A stretch of 64,000 nt of DNA from an uncultured Mycoplasmatota bacterium (GCA_900548725.1 URLV01000004.1:162-64161); one strand, 5' to 3'. Shown: positions 1-9,655, numbered from the stretch's first letter. The notes: generated by a model from the sequence alone, not told the origin. Made by a program: numbers and translations.

Positions 1-72
1 TCGAATGAAATTCTAAATGCCCTCTAAAAACACTGATGGTAAATTTAATTTTTATTTGAGCAATTATCTATA

Positions 73-711
73 TTAATTTTTAAAATATGCATCTAAATAA
101 TATATTTGTCTATGTTCTTTATAATATTGCATTTCAAAATCAGTCATTACATTTTTTATATTTCTTTCATCATTATGTAAATCTAAGCTAACTACATCAA
201 ATGTATACCAGTAACTACTCAAACTTTCTAATCCAGATTGAAATAATATTTTATTGTCAGTTTTCAAAATAATATGTTTATTCTTTTTAAATATTCTATC
301 ATATAATTTTAAATAATTAATTGATGTAAATCTTTTCTTTTCATCTTGTTTTTTAGGCCATGGTTCTGAAAAAGTCAAATATATTGTATCTATTTCTTTT
401 CCAAAGTAATCTATTATATTATTTGCATCAGCACATATCATTTTTAAATTATCAAGTTTCAATCCACTTGTATTTTTTACAGCAGTAGCAGTTTGGTTAA
501 CATCTAATTCAAGTCCTATAAAATTTATATTAGGATATTTTTTAGCCATTCCAATTATAAAACTACCTCTACCCATTCCAAGTTCTAAACATATAGGATT
601 ATTATTTCCAAATACATTTCTCCACTTATTTTTATACATTTCAGGATTTTTTATTAAATAACTACTACTATTAACTATTTTATTTGCATTAACCACTTTA
701 TTATAACGCAT
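73..711 (-). CDS. trmB: tRNA (guanine46-N7)-methyltransferase
   Basis: 212-aa ORF. SAM-binding LELGMGRGSF and TrmB-type FSEPWPKK..KKRF motifs. Confidence 0.85.
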   Translation of the reverse strand: MRYNKVVNANKIVNSSSYLIKNPEMYKNKWRNVFGNNNPICLELGMGRGSFIIGMAKKYPNINFIGLELDVNQTATAVKNTSGLKLDNLKMICADANNIIDYFGKEIDTIYLTFSEPWPKKQDEKKRFTSINYLKLYDRIFKKNKHIILKTDNKILFQSGLESLSSYWYTFDVVSLDLHNDERNIKNVMTDFEMQYYKEHRQIYYLDAYFKN

Positions 712-754
712 ACTAACACCTCACAATTATTTTACTAAATTAAATATTCTTTAT

Positions 755-783
755 CAAGAAAAAATATCATCATAAGATGATAT
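755..783 (-). terminator. Rho-independent terminator after rpmA
   Basis: Minus strand ATATCATC-TTAT-GATGATAT stem followed by TTTTTCTT, a few nt after the rpmA stop. Confidence 0.6.
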
Positions 784-786
784 CTA

Positions 787-1077
787 CTAAGCTTCGTATA
801 CACTAACTTTTTTCTTATCTCTTCCACATCTTTCGTATCTAACAACACCACGAACTAATGCGAATAATGTATGATCTTTACCCATACCAACGTTTTTACC
901 AGGATAAATCTTAGTTCCTCTTTGTCTATATATAATAGAACCTGCATTTATAGTTTGTCCGTCACTAGCTTTAGCACCTAATCTTCTACCTTCACTATCA
1001 CGGCCATTATGTGTTGAACCTTGTGCTTTAACATGAGCAAAACGTTGAATGTTTAAACTTAAATATAACATTTTCAT
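787..1077 (-). CDS. rpmA: 50S ribosomal protein L27 with N-terminal pro-sequence
   Basis: [23 protein letters not shown] core. N-terminal [13 protein letters not shown] extension of the Prp-processed type. Confidence 0.95.
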   Translation of the reverse strand: MKMLYLSLNIQRFAHVKAQGSTHNGRDSEGRRLGAKASDGQTINAGSIIYRQRGTKIYPGKNVGMGKDHTLFALVRGVVRYERCGRDKKKVSVYEA

Positions 1078-1370
1078 TCCTCACTCTCAACTTTAATATT
1101 TTCTTTATATTGTTCTTCTAAATCTTTTAAAATAAGTATCATTGTATTTAGTAATTTATCAACAATATCATTATCATTTAGTTTTTCAATAATAATTTTA
1201 TTTCCATCATCCATATAACTGATTGATGAATTATCTATATTCATAATAGAATTAACAGTAGTCATTATTACACTACTTACACTAGCACATACAATATCTT
1301 TACCAAATTCATCATAACCTGCATGTCCACTAATTTCTATTATTTTATTTTTTTTTATTACTTTAATCAT
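1074..1370 (-). CDS. prp: ribosomal-processing cysteine protease Prp
   Basis: 98-aa ORF between rplU and rpm[15 protein letters not shown] motif. ATGA overlap with rpmA. Confidence 0.85.
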   Translation of the reverse strand: MIKVIKKNKIIEISGHAGYDEFGKDIVCASVSSVIMTTVNSIMNIDNSSISYMDDGNKIIIEKLNDNDIVDKLLNTMILILKDLEEQYKENIKVESEE

Positions 1371-1372
1371 TA

Positions 1373-1672
1373 TTAACCAACTATTTTCTTAACAACTAAT
1401 TTAGTATAAGGTTGTCTATGACCTTGAGTCTTACGATATTTTTTCTTTGGATGATATTTAAATACAACAACCTTTTTAGCTTTACCATTCTTTTCAGCAG
1501 TACAAACAACTTTAGCACCACTAACTGTTGGAGTACCAACTTTTTCTCCAACCATTAATACATCAGTAAATTCAACATCTTTTCCTGCTTCAACTTCTAA
1601 TTTTTCAACGTAAATAACGTCTCCTTCAGAAACATAATATTGTTTACCACCTGTAACAAATATAGCTTTCAT
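1373..1672 (-). CDS. rplU: 50S ribosomal protein L21
   Basis: [25 protein letters not shown].. and C-terminal GHRQPYTKL, typical of L21. Confidence 0.95.
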   Translation of the reverse strand: MKAIFVTGGKQYYVSEGDVIYVEKLEVEAGKDVEFTDVLMVGEKVGTPTVSGAKVVCTAEKNGKAKKVVVFKYHPKKKYRKTQGHRQPYTKLVVKKIVG

Positions 1673-1777
1673 ATTCTTTTACTCCCTTCTATTATTTTTT
1701 AGGACTCGCTCTTAAGGCAACAAATATGTTTTAAAACCTTTTCAATGCGGTTTATAAGAACACTTACAAACATAAGT
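1673..1777 (-). promoter_or_regulatory. 5' leader of the rplU-prp-rpmA operon (possible L21 leader RNA)
   Basis: About 100-nt untranslated leader between the predicted promoter and the GGGAG SD. It is relatively GC-rich with pairing potential. Firmicutes are known to carry an L21 leader here. Not verified. Confidence 0.3.
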
Positions 1778-1806
1778 ATATTACCAAATAAATTACCCAT
1801 TGTCAA
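1778..1806 (-). promoter_or_regulatory. sigma-A type promoter of the rplU operon
   Basis: Minus strand TTGACA (1801-1806), 17 nt, TAATAT (1778-1783). Confidence 0.6.
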
Positions 1807-1833
1807 ACATTTTTAAGCTTTTATTCCATTAAA

Positions 1834-2565
1834 TCATATATAGTTTATAACAAACTCTTCTCCAACTCCATTTATATAATTATATTTATTTTTATACATA
1901 CCATTAACACACTTAATACTAACTATTCCATCATACTTTATATCATAAATAACTCTTTCTAAATAAAATTTATTAACAATATATTTTATACTCTTAATAT
2001 AATTAACTAAACTACATAACAAAAATATAATAATAATATAATTATTAATTTTAAAAACATATAAATACAAAAAAAATAACATAATAAAAATAAAATTAAA
2101 AATAATACTAAACTTCAAACTTAATTTAAAAGATAATACTAACTCTAACAAACTATTTAATATTTTAAAACCATCTAAAGGATATATCGGAATTAAATTA
2201 AATAATATAATATATAAATTATATTTAAAAAATATATTATAAAAACTACTTTCTACAAAACCTATCTTATATAATAAAAAAATAATAAAATATAATATAA
2301 TTTGTATAAAAATACCACCTAAACTAATTATTAATACTTTCTTAGAATTAGTATTAATTAACATATTATTATCTATCATACCACCATAAGGATAAATAAC
2401 TATTTTATTAACTTCTATATTATAATATCTAAAAAATATATAATGTCCTATCTCATGAATAATTAATATAAAATATATTATTAACATTTCTCTACCATAA
2501 CCAGATAACAAAGATAATATTAAAAGTATATAAGTAAATATATTAATTTTAAATATATTTTTCAT
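1834..2565 (-). CDS. spoIVFB: M50 site-2 metalloprotease, SpoIVFB-like
   Basis: Polytopic membrane ORF with HEIGH (HExxH) and NLIPIYPLDG (LDG) motifs. It sits immediately upstream of rplU-prp-rpmA, as spoIVFB does in Bacillus. Confidence 0.6.
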   Translation of the reverse strand: MKNIFKINIFTYILLILSLLSGYGREMLIIYFILIIHEIGHYIFFRYYNIEVNKIVIYPYGGMIDNNMLINTNSKKVLIISLGGIFIQIILYFIIFLLYKIGFVESSFYNIFFKYNLYIILFNLIPIYPLDGFKILNSLLELVLSFKLSLKFSIIFNFIFIMLFFLYLYVFKINNYIIIIFLLCSLVNYIKSIKYIVNKFYLERVIYDIKYDGIVSIKCVNGMYKNKYNYINGVGEEFVINYI

Positions 2566-3085
2566 AATCTAAATATTTACCATCTTTTAAGAAATTTAAA
2601 TAAACATATTCATCTTTAGTATTTCCAATCAATACATCTTTTTCTATATAATCATATAATTTAATACTTAAGTTATCTAAATTACTATACCAATAATCAA
2701 CTCCATCAGTTCCTTGTATTATAACCGTATTCCCTAATCCTTCTTTATCTCCTATATAAACTACTATACCACCACATAAAGATTTCATATTATAATTTTT
2801 ACCTACATTTAATTTAACACCATTTAAATATTTTTCTTTATCACTATAAATAAATTTATCACTCATAACAATCTTTTCATCATATAAATCAAATGGTAAA
2901 TATTTATTAATATATTTTTTATATATTTTATTAAAAAAAGTAAAATTTATATTATTATCATATATATTATTTTTAAACCACAATAAGTTTTTATCACTAA
3001 AATTACATACTATAGATATTAACAAAAATAATATTACACATATTAAACTTCTAGTTACAAAACTTTTAATATATTTCTTAGCCAT
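2549..3085 (-). CDS. membrane-anchored degenerate LytM/M23 domain protein, SpoIVFA-like
   Basis: N-terminal TM segment. GGIVVYIGDKEGLGNTVIIQGTDGVDYWYSNL has the M23 layout but catalytic His positions are replaced (Q, S). It overlaps the M50 gene start, matching spoIVFA-spoIVFB order. Confidence 0.5.
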   Translation of the reverse strand: MAKKYIKSFVTRSLICVILFLLISIVCNFSDKNLLWFKNNIYDNNINFTFFNKIYKKYINKYLPFDLYDEKIVMSDKFIYSDKEKYLNGVKLNVGKNYNMKSLCGGIVVYIGDKEGLGNTVIIQGTDGVDYWYSNLDNLSIKLYDYIEKDVLIGNTKDEYVYLNFLKDGKYLDYEKYI

Positions 3086-3118
3086 ATAATCACCATTAAA
3101 TTATATGAAAAAAAGAAA

Positions 3119-3499
3119 TTATATATTATTCTCTATTAATTTCTTTTTTAAATTCAATTCCATATTTAAACCATATAAACTTTTAATAAGTTCAAAGTAA
3201 TCAAATTCATCTAAATATATTCTATATTTATTTTCAATATTTTTTAATATTCTATTTATTTCATTTATCATCATATTACAGTCTCCAACTATAGTAACAT
3301 TACTATCTAGCATTAATTTTACTGTAATACTTACTTTATTTATATCTTTTTTTATTTTTTTTAGTAGTATCATATTTATCATTTCTCTATTAATAATAAT
3401 TAGGTTGTTAATTTTTTTTCTAGGTTTAAATTTATAACCTTCTATATCATCAATTTTATAATCAACAAATTTATTATTTTTTTTAAATACTACTTTCAT
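3119..3499 (-). CDS. hypothetical protein (126 aa)
   Basis: Clean ORF with SD. No motif recognised. Confidence 0.6.
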   Translation of the reverse strand: MKVVFKKNNKFVDYKIDDIEGYKFKPRKKINNLIIINREMINMILLKKIKKDINKVSITVKLMLDSNVTIVGDCNMMINEINRILKNIENKYRIYLDEFDYFELIKSLYGLNMELNLKKKLIENNI

Positions 3500-3511
3500 A
3501 ATTTAACCCTC

Positions 3512-4159
3512 TTACTTCATTTTACTTGTTTTTTCTATCCGTTTATTTTTTCTCCATTCATCTATTTTTGCATGATTACCACTCAAGAGAACTTCAGGAA
3601 CTTTAATTCCTCTAAAGTTAGCAGGTTTTGTATAAACAGGATAATCAAACATATCATCTTCAAAGCTTTCACTAATTAAGCTCTCTTTATTTATTACACC
3701 CTCAATAAGTCTTATAATACTATCACTTATAACCATTGCAGGTAATTCTCCCCCAGTTAATACAAAATTTCCAATACTAACTTCCATATCTACAATTGTT
3801 TTTATTCTTTCATCAAAACCTTCATAATGTCCACATAGTAAAATTAAATGTTTACATTTGCTAAATTCTTTTGCCATACTCTGATTATATTTATTACCAT
3901 CAGGTGTAAGCATAACAACTAAAGAATCTTCTGTTTTTATTTTATCTATAGCATCAAATATAGGTTGACACATAAGTACCATACCAGCACCACCACCATA
4001 AGGTGTATCATCAACTTGATTGTTGTTGCTAGTACTATAATCTCTAAAATTAATTACTTCTACTTCAACTTTCTTTTTATCTATAGCACGTTTTATAATT
4101 GATTCATTTAAAAATCCATCAAACATATTAGGAAACAAAGTTAATATACTTATTTTCAT
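3512..4159 (-). CDS. trmD: tRNA (guanine37-N1)-methyltransferase
   Basis: MKISILTLFPNMF.., DDTPYGGGAGMVL, GHYEGFDERI. Confidence 0.95.
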   Translation of the reverse strand: MKISILTLFPNMFDGFLNESIIKRAIDKKKVEVEVINFRDYSTSNNNQVDDTPYGGGAGMVLMCQPIFDAIDKIKTEDSLVVMLTPDGNKYNQSMAKEFSKCKHLILLCGHYEGFDERIKTIVDMEVSIGNFVLTGGELPAMVISDSIIRLIEGVINKESLISESFEDDMFDYPVYTKPANFRGIKVPEVLLSGNHAKIDEWRKNKRIEKTSKMK

Positions 4160-4650
4160 ATAATCAGTCCTTCTATATCATCAACTACAATTTCTTTTTT
4201 ATCTAAATCAACTGATTTAATATAATTAGAATTAATAGGAATATAATAATTTTTATCATAATCAACTTTTAATAATGGATTAATATCATTACTATAATCT
4301 CTAACAATACCATATACTGTATCATTAGAAACAACATTAAGTCCAATTAAATCACTTAACAAATATTCACTCTTTTTTAAATTAAGTGATATTCTACTAA
4401 CATAAACATTTTTACCAACAAACTTAAGTACATCATTTATATTATCATAATCATCTATAGTAATCATATCAAATATCTTATGATATCTATAACTCTTAAT
4501 TATATGTTCTTCTTTATCTATAATAATTTTATTACCAACTTTAAATACTAAATCTTTTCTTTCAAAATCACTACGTATTCTTAACTCACCTTTAATACCA
4601 TGAGTATTGACTATTTTACCTACATATACTAAATCCATTATATCCCTCAT
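4156..4650 (-). CDS. rimM: 16S rRNA processing protein RimM
   Basis: VGKIVNTHGIKGELRI N-terminal barrel motif. Overlaps trmD. Confidence 0.85.
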   Translation of the reverse strand: MRDIMDLVYVGKIVNTHGIKGELRIRSDFERKDLVFKVGNKIIIDKEEHIIKSYRYHKIFDMITIDDYDNINDVLKFVGKNVYVSRISLNLKKSEYLLSDLIGLNVVSNDTVYGIVRDYSNDINPLLKVDYDKNYYIPINSNYIKSVDLDKKEIVVDDIEGLII

Positions 4651-7469
4651 TTCTTTTCTATTATATCATATTTAACTTCTGTATATAAACTAAATAATAT
4701 AACAATTATAATTAAATAATTAATATTAAGTAATCTATAAAAAATATTCTTACTAGTATTAGGTACTAAAACTGTATTATATTCTTCCAAATCTACTTTA
4801 TTAAAATTATCATCTATAACTATATCTTTCTTTATTTTATAATTATATATTTTTAATCTAAAGTACATGCAATTATCACTAATATTAAAAGTATATATAT
4901 TATCATCTTTAATAAAATCATCTTTAGCCTCTTCTTCAATTATTCTGTATTCACCATAATCTATACTATCTATATAAACTCTACCATCTTTATCAGTATA
5001 ACCTCTATAAATTATATTATCATATTCATCTACTATTTTAATCAACGTATTATCTATTGGTAATAAAGTATCTCTATCTATAACAACAACATCAACCTTT
5101 CCTTTCTTTTTCTTATTATACAAATTTAGTATAACTTTATTATTATCAAATTCAAAATATATTTTTTCATCACTCAAAATATAATTCATACTAGGCTCTA
5201 TCTCTTTTATATAGTACTTATAACCATATAATATAGGAATATTATCTATAAGTATCTTACCATTTATATCAGTACTAAATATACCAATTAATTTATCACT
5301 CTTACCATCTTCTATATGAAACTCTACCTTAGTATTATATAACTTAATTTTATTATTATAATCTAATTTATTTATTTCTAAACTACCCTTTTTAATATAA
5401 TTATATAGTTCTATATTTTCTATTACTTCACTAGTATATTGGTCTTTATACTTTAATTCAAAATAATATTTTTTATTATCTTTAACATGATTAACATCAG
5501 AATAATCTTCAACCAAATAATATTTACCTAAATACAAATTGTTTAAACTATATTTACCATTTTTAAGAACACTTTTTTTAATTAATTCATTCTTTTTATA
5601 TATAAATGTACCATCACTACTATATATATCACTATCAGCATACAAACTATATCCTACATTATCTAATAATATTTTTTTATATTTAATACCATTATTTATA
5701 TCAACACTTTCCCCATATTTAATAATATTTACTCTACCTTTAACTTGTTTATTATAAAATTTAATTTCAAAAATATTACCATATTCATTATCTTTAACAA
5801 AATTACTATCTTTATTTATACTAAATTTATAAGGATTATTATTATATAAGTAACCTTGTATATATTGGTCTATTTCTTCTATTTGATAATTACCTAATGG
5901 CAAACTATTTGGAGTTATAAACTGTCCATCTTTTGTTTCAAAAACACAAACTTTCTCTTTATTAGGATAAGTAATATTTTGACATTCATAAAGACCAGTA
6001 TCTAAATTTTTTATTTTAAATTTTATGCCATCTTTCTTAATAATTTTTCCACTATCTTTATCTATTTTAACAACTTTAATTTTGGTACTTATTAATGCAT
6101 TAGAAATTATTTTAGTAATTACATCTTCACTTCCATCAACAACTATATCAAAATCATTTACTTTCTCATAACTTCCACTACTATTCATTTGTTTAAAAGT
6201 CCAAGTACCATATGGCAAATTAATACTTGCATAACCATTACTATCAGTTACCATACGTTTTAACATAACTCCAGTTCTTTTATTATATATATGAAATGCT
6301 ATTCCAGGTTCACTTTTCATTATACCAGTAACCAAATCATTATATACTTTATATAAATCAACTCTACTTTTAATAACTTGTTCATATGAATGTATTCTAG
6401 TTTCCAAAGAATCTTTATTTATTGTAAATCTATAAACTGTATTATCTAACAAATATCCTTTACTAGGAATTCTTTCTTTTAACAAATATATTTTATTTAT
6501 AGATAATACATTGTTCGTTTCAGCATATCCATCTTTATCAGTTGTTAAACTAGTTACATAATTGTTATTTTCATCTAATATATCATATACTGCATTACCT
6601 AAACTAGCATCACCTTGAGGTGTCATTGTATTAGTTTCTTTATCTCTCTTATTAATAATGAGTTTTCCACCAGTTACATTTACTTTTATCTCTATAACTA
6701 CGTCATTTAAATTACCAGAACTTATTAAAGTTTGACTATCATTGGCACTATATATAATTGTATAGTTTGTATAATAATTAAATTTTCTAATAAGCTTTAT
6801 TTTTCCACTTCCACTTTTCTTACCACTTATTATTAAATCATTATTATTTTTACTAGCATTAATAACGTCATCACCAACAACATCATAATATTTAAGTATA
6901 TTATTATTATCGTGTAACGTAACAACTTCACCAAACTTAATATTATAATTATTATTAAAACTAGGTTTAATTAAACTATTATTTACTAAGTTTTTTATTT
7001 CATTCATTTCGTCAACAAATTTATCTATTCTATTTCCTTGTAATCTATCCGTATAGTAAATATCTAAACCAAAATCTTTTACTTCCCATATCATGTATTG
7101 TGTTGCAGCATACCAATTTAAACTATTATGATTTTGATAACCATATCCGTAATAACTATATAATTTTATTTTATTTAATTCATCTTGTGTTAAATTATTA
7201 AAATTATATTCATAACTACCATTATAAAGTATATTACTATTTATTGATTTTCCAGGTTCTATACAATATAAATATTTCTTATCACTATTTCTTGCAATAA
7301 CATAAAAATAATCATATCTTCTTTTATCACTACCTATCTCAGCAATATAAGTATCTGGAACTTTATCATATTTTTTTAAAATATAATCATTAAACTCTTC
7401 CCCATTTACATTCTTTACGAAAATAAAACTACTTATAAAAACAACTACAATCATTAAATATTTTCTCAT
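4647..7469 (-). CDS. surface adhesin: signal peptide, thioester-like domain, about 7 Cna-B/SpaA-type repeats, sorting-signal-like C-terminus
   Basis: Signal peptide ends VNG/EE. YCIE (Cys69, codon 7263-7265) and TQYMIW (Gln124, codon 7098-7100) fit the thioester-domain Cys/Gln motifs. Repeated ..DGYA..LP.G.Y..KE...GY.. modules. C-terminus has VPNTS, a hydrophobic stretch and a KK tail. Confidence 0.7.
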   Translation of the reverse strand: MRKYLMIVVVFISSFIFVKNVNGEEFNDYILKKYDKVPDTYIAEIGSDKRRYDYFYVIARNSDKKYLYCIEPGKSINSNILYNGSYEYNFNNLTQDELNKIKLYSYYGYGYQNHNSLNWYAATQYMIWEVKDFGLDIYYTDRLQGNRIDKFVDEMNEIKNLVNNSLIKPSFNNNYNIKFGEVVTLHDNNNILKYYDVVGDDVINASKNNNDLIISGKKSGSGKIKLIRKFNYYTNYTIIYSANDSQTLISSGNLNDVVIEIKVNVTGGKLIINKRDKETNTMTPQGDASLGNAVYDILDENNNYVTSLTTDKDGYAETNNVLSINKIYLLKERIPSKGYLLDNTVYRFTINKDSLETRIHSYEQVIKSRVDLYKVYNDLVTGIMKSEPGIAFHIYNKRTGVMLKRMVTDSNGYASINLPYGTWTFKQMNSSGSYEKVNDFDIVVDGSEDVITKIISNALISTKIKVVKIDKDSGKIIKKDGIKFKIKNLDTGLYECQNITYPNKEKVCVFETKDGQFITPNSLPLGNYQIEEIDQYIQGYLYNNNPYKFSINKDSNFVKDNEYGNIFEIKFYNKQVKGRVNIIKYGESVDINNGIKYKKILLDNVGYSLYADSDIYSSDGTFIYKKNELIKKSVLKNGKYSLNNLYLGKYYLVEDYSDVNHVKDNKKYYFELKYKDQYTSEVIENIELYNYIKKGSLEINKLDYNNKIKLYNTKVEFHIEDGKSDKLIGIFSTDINGKILIDNIPILYGYKYYIKEIEPSMNYILSDEKIYFEFDNNKVILNLYNKKKKGKVDVVVIDRDTLLPIDNTLIKIVDEYDNIIYRGYTDKDGRVYIDSIDYGEYRIIEEEAKDDFIKDDNIYTFNISDNCMYFRLKIYNYKIKKDIVIDDNFNKVDLEEYNTVLVPNTSKNIFYRLLNINYLIIIVILFSLYTEVKYDIIEKK

Positions 7470-7552
7470 ACCATTATCCCCCTTAAAAAAAATAATTAAT
7501 TTATGAGTGTTATAATACTATAAGCATTTCATAATATTTGTCGAATTATGTT

Positions 7553-7584
7553 GTACACAAAAAAAACTGACATAAAATCAGTTT
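7553..7584 (-). terminator. Rho-independent terminator after rny
   Basis: Minus strand AAACTGA-TTTTATG-TCAGTTT followed by a T-run. Confidence 0.65.
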
Positions 7585-7589
7585 ATTAA

Positions 7590-9155
7590 TTATTTTGCTA
7601 TTTCTTCTGCTCTAGTTTCTCTAATAACAGTTATCTTAATTATACCAGGATATTGCATTTCGTTTTCTATTTTTTCTTTTATATCTCTAGCAACTTTAAG
7701 ACTTGTTAAATCGTCAATTTCTTCAGGTTTAACAATAACTCTAACTTCTCTACCAGCTTGCATAGCATAAGTTTTTTCTACACCCGGGAAACTATTTCCA
7801 ATACTTTCTAATTGTTCAAGTCTCTTAATATAATTTTCCATAGAATCACTTCTAGCACCCGGTCTAGCAGCAGATAAAGTATCCGCAATTTGAGCAATTA
7901 TTGCAATAACACTTTTTGGCTCTGTATCTCCATGATGTGATGCAATTGCATTAATAACTACTTTATCTTCATGATATTTTTTAGCAATATCAACACCAAT
8001 GTCTACATGACTACCTTCTATTTCATAATCTATTGATTTTCCTATATCATGCAACAATCCAGCTCTCTTAGCTAAGTTTATATTTTCACCTAATTCACTT
8101 GCAATTAAACCTGATAAATGAGCAACTTCTTTAGAATGTTGTAAAGCATTTTGTCCATAACTTGTTCTATAATTTAATTTACCAATCAAATTTACTAACT
8201 CTGGATCAAACTTAGTTAATCCTAATTCTACTATAGCATCATTACCAAGTTCCATAGTTTTAGCATTAATATCTTTACAAGTTTTATCATAAATTTCTTC
8301 AATTCTAGTAGGATGTATTCTTCCATCTTTAATTAAAGTTTCAATAGTTACTTTAGCAATCTCTCTTCTATAAGGGTCAAAAGAAGATACTACTATAGCT
8401 TCTGGTGTATCATCAATAATTAAATCTACTCCAGTAACAGCCTCTATAGTTCTAATATTTCTTCCTTCTCTACCAATTAGTCTTCCTTTCATATCATCAT
8501 TAGGTAAACTAATTGTAGTAACTGTTTGTAAATTAGTAACATCATTTGAATATCTTTGCATACTATTTACAAGTAAATTTTTTGCTTTTTTATCAACTTC
8601 AAGTTTAGCTTCTGCTTCTTTCTCTTTAATATACTCAGCAATTTCTCTTGACATATCATTTTCTACTCTTTCAAATATTTGTTTATGTGCTTGTTCTTTA
8701 GAAAATTTTGCTATATCTTCTAATTTTTCCATTTCTTGTTTCAAAAGTTCATCCATTTTTAACTCTTTATCTTGGATTTGTTTTCTTAAAGCATTTAAAT
8801 TATTATCTTTTTCCACTAGTCTATTATCTCTATCTTGTAACATTTCTTCTCTTTTATCTAAAGATTTTTCTCTATTTAACAATCTATCTTCACTAGCAAG
8901 AATTTCTTTTTTTCTTTCTTTTATTTCTTTATCAGTTTCACTTTTTAATTTATAACTTTCTTCTTTTAATTCTAAAAGTGTATCTCTTTTATGCTTTTCA
9001 GCTTCTTTTTTAGCATCAGCCAATAATTTTTCTGCTTTTTTACCTGCCCCAGCACCAGTTTTTACAACTACAACGTAAACGCCAGCACCTCCAGCAAATA
9101 AACCAATTATAAGAGTTATTATGGAAGCTGTCGTTAATCCCATAATTTCCTCCAT
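7590..9155 (-). CDS. rny: ribonuclease Y
   Basis: N-terminal TM, coiled coil, KH (GREGRNIR) and HD (LLHDIGK) domains. The start may be Met5 (9143), which follows a GGAGG. Confidence 0.95.
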   Translation of the reverse strand: MEEIMGLTTASIITLIIGLFAGGAGVYVVVVKTGAGAGKKAEKLLADAKKEAEKHKRDTLLELKEESYKLKSETDKEIKERKKEILASEDRLLNREKSLDKREEMLQDRDNRLVEKDNNLNALRKQIQDKELKMDELLKQEMEKLEDIAKFSKEQAHKQIFERVENDMSREIAEYIKEKEAEAKLEVDKKAKNLLVNSMQRYSNDVTNLQTVTTISLPNDDMKGRLIGREGRNIRTIEAVTGVDLIIDDTPEAIVVSSFDPYRREIAKVTIETLIKDGRIHPTRIEEIYDKTCKDINAKTMELGNDAIVELGLTKFDPELVNLIGKLNYRTSYGQNALQHSKEVAHLSGLIASELGENINLAKRAGLLHDIGKSIDYEIEGSHVDIGVDIAKKYHEDKVVINAIASHHGDTEPKSVIAIIAQIADTLSAARPGARSDSMENYIKRLEQLESIGNSFPGVEKTYAMQAGREVRVIVKPEEIDDLTSLKVARDIKEKIENEMQYPGIIKITVIRETRAEEIAK

Positions 9156-9403
9156 CTATCTAATAAATAATTTTATACTTTTAATTACTTATACATTTAT
9201 TATAAAATTAAAATACTCATTTTGCAAGAAATAATTATTGTCCCACAAAATTGAGTATTAATTTATGACATATTTTTAGAAGTTTTGTCGAATCGCTTTA
9301 TTTATATTTAAAAATTATATAGTATAACTAATCGAACGTTCATGTTGGTGTTAACCTACTAACTGAGATTCTTTTTGAATGCGTAGGAAGTAGGTGGTAA
9401 TAT

Positions 9404-9478
9404 ATGTTCAAAAATTTAGAAAAATTATTGAATAGAATTATTATTATTTTAATACTACGCCTTTTAAATAAAAACTAA
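9404..9478 (+). CDS. 24-aa hydrophobic peptide, putative type I toxin (module A)
   Basis: MFKNLEKLLNRIIIILILRLLNKN preceded by an AGGTGG SD. The SD-containing AGTAGGT can pair with upstream AACCTACT (9353-9360) and downstream ACCTACTT (9573-9580). Confidence 0.45.
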   Translation: MFKNLEKLLNRIIIILILRLLNKN

Positions 9479-9481
9479 TTA

Positions 9482-9576
9482 AAATAAAAAAGACATCAGC
9501 CGAAACTCAGTTAGGGCCGATGCCTCCCCAATACCAGGGTAAGCATCCAACTATCAGGGGGTTGAACGCTCAACCT
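9482..9576 (-). ncRNA. convergent antisense RNA, putative type I antitoxin (module A)
   Basis: Minus strand TTGACA (9606-9611), 17 nt, TATTAT (9583-9588). GC-rich hairpin 9494-9522 followed by a T-run ending just past the peptide stop codon. Confidence 0.45.
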
Positions 9577-9620
9577 ACTTAAATAATAGCATTTGATATA
9601 GAATGTGTCAAATGTTTTTA

Positions 9621-9655
9621 TAACAAAAAAATGACAAAAAATTAAGCTTTGTCAT
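9621..9655 (-). terminator. terminator overlapping the recA stop (bidirectional)
   Basis: ATGACAAA..TTTGTCAT stem with T-runs on both strands. Confidence 0.6.

Noticed and set aside
5539-5757. 72-aa plus-strand ORF inside the adhesin gene. Similar antisense or alternate-frame ORFs occur at 8708-8896, 18244-18519, 19347-19529, 29468-29716, 30594-30776, 31289-31489 and 60223-60510.
   Set aside because: All lie within longer, motif-supported genes and have no SD. Their Leu/Phe/Ile/Tyr-rich translations are typical of reading AT-rich coding DNA in the wrong frame or strand.
9331-9585. GC-enriched intergenic islands (also 12935-13172 and 17519-17770) considered as SRP RNA, tmRNA, 6S RNA, T-box or riboswitch.
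   Set aside because: There is no SRP domain IV GGAAGCAGC-type motif, no tRNA-like end or tag ORF, no T-box specifier/antiterminator layout, and no downstream gene to regulate. The shared layout of SD, short hydrophobic ORF and convergent promoter/terminator fits type I TA better.
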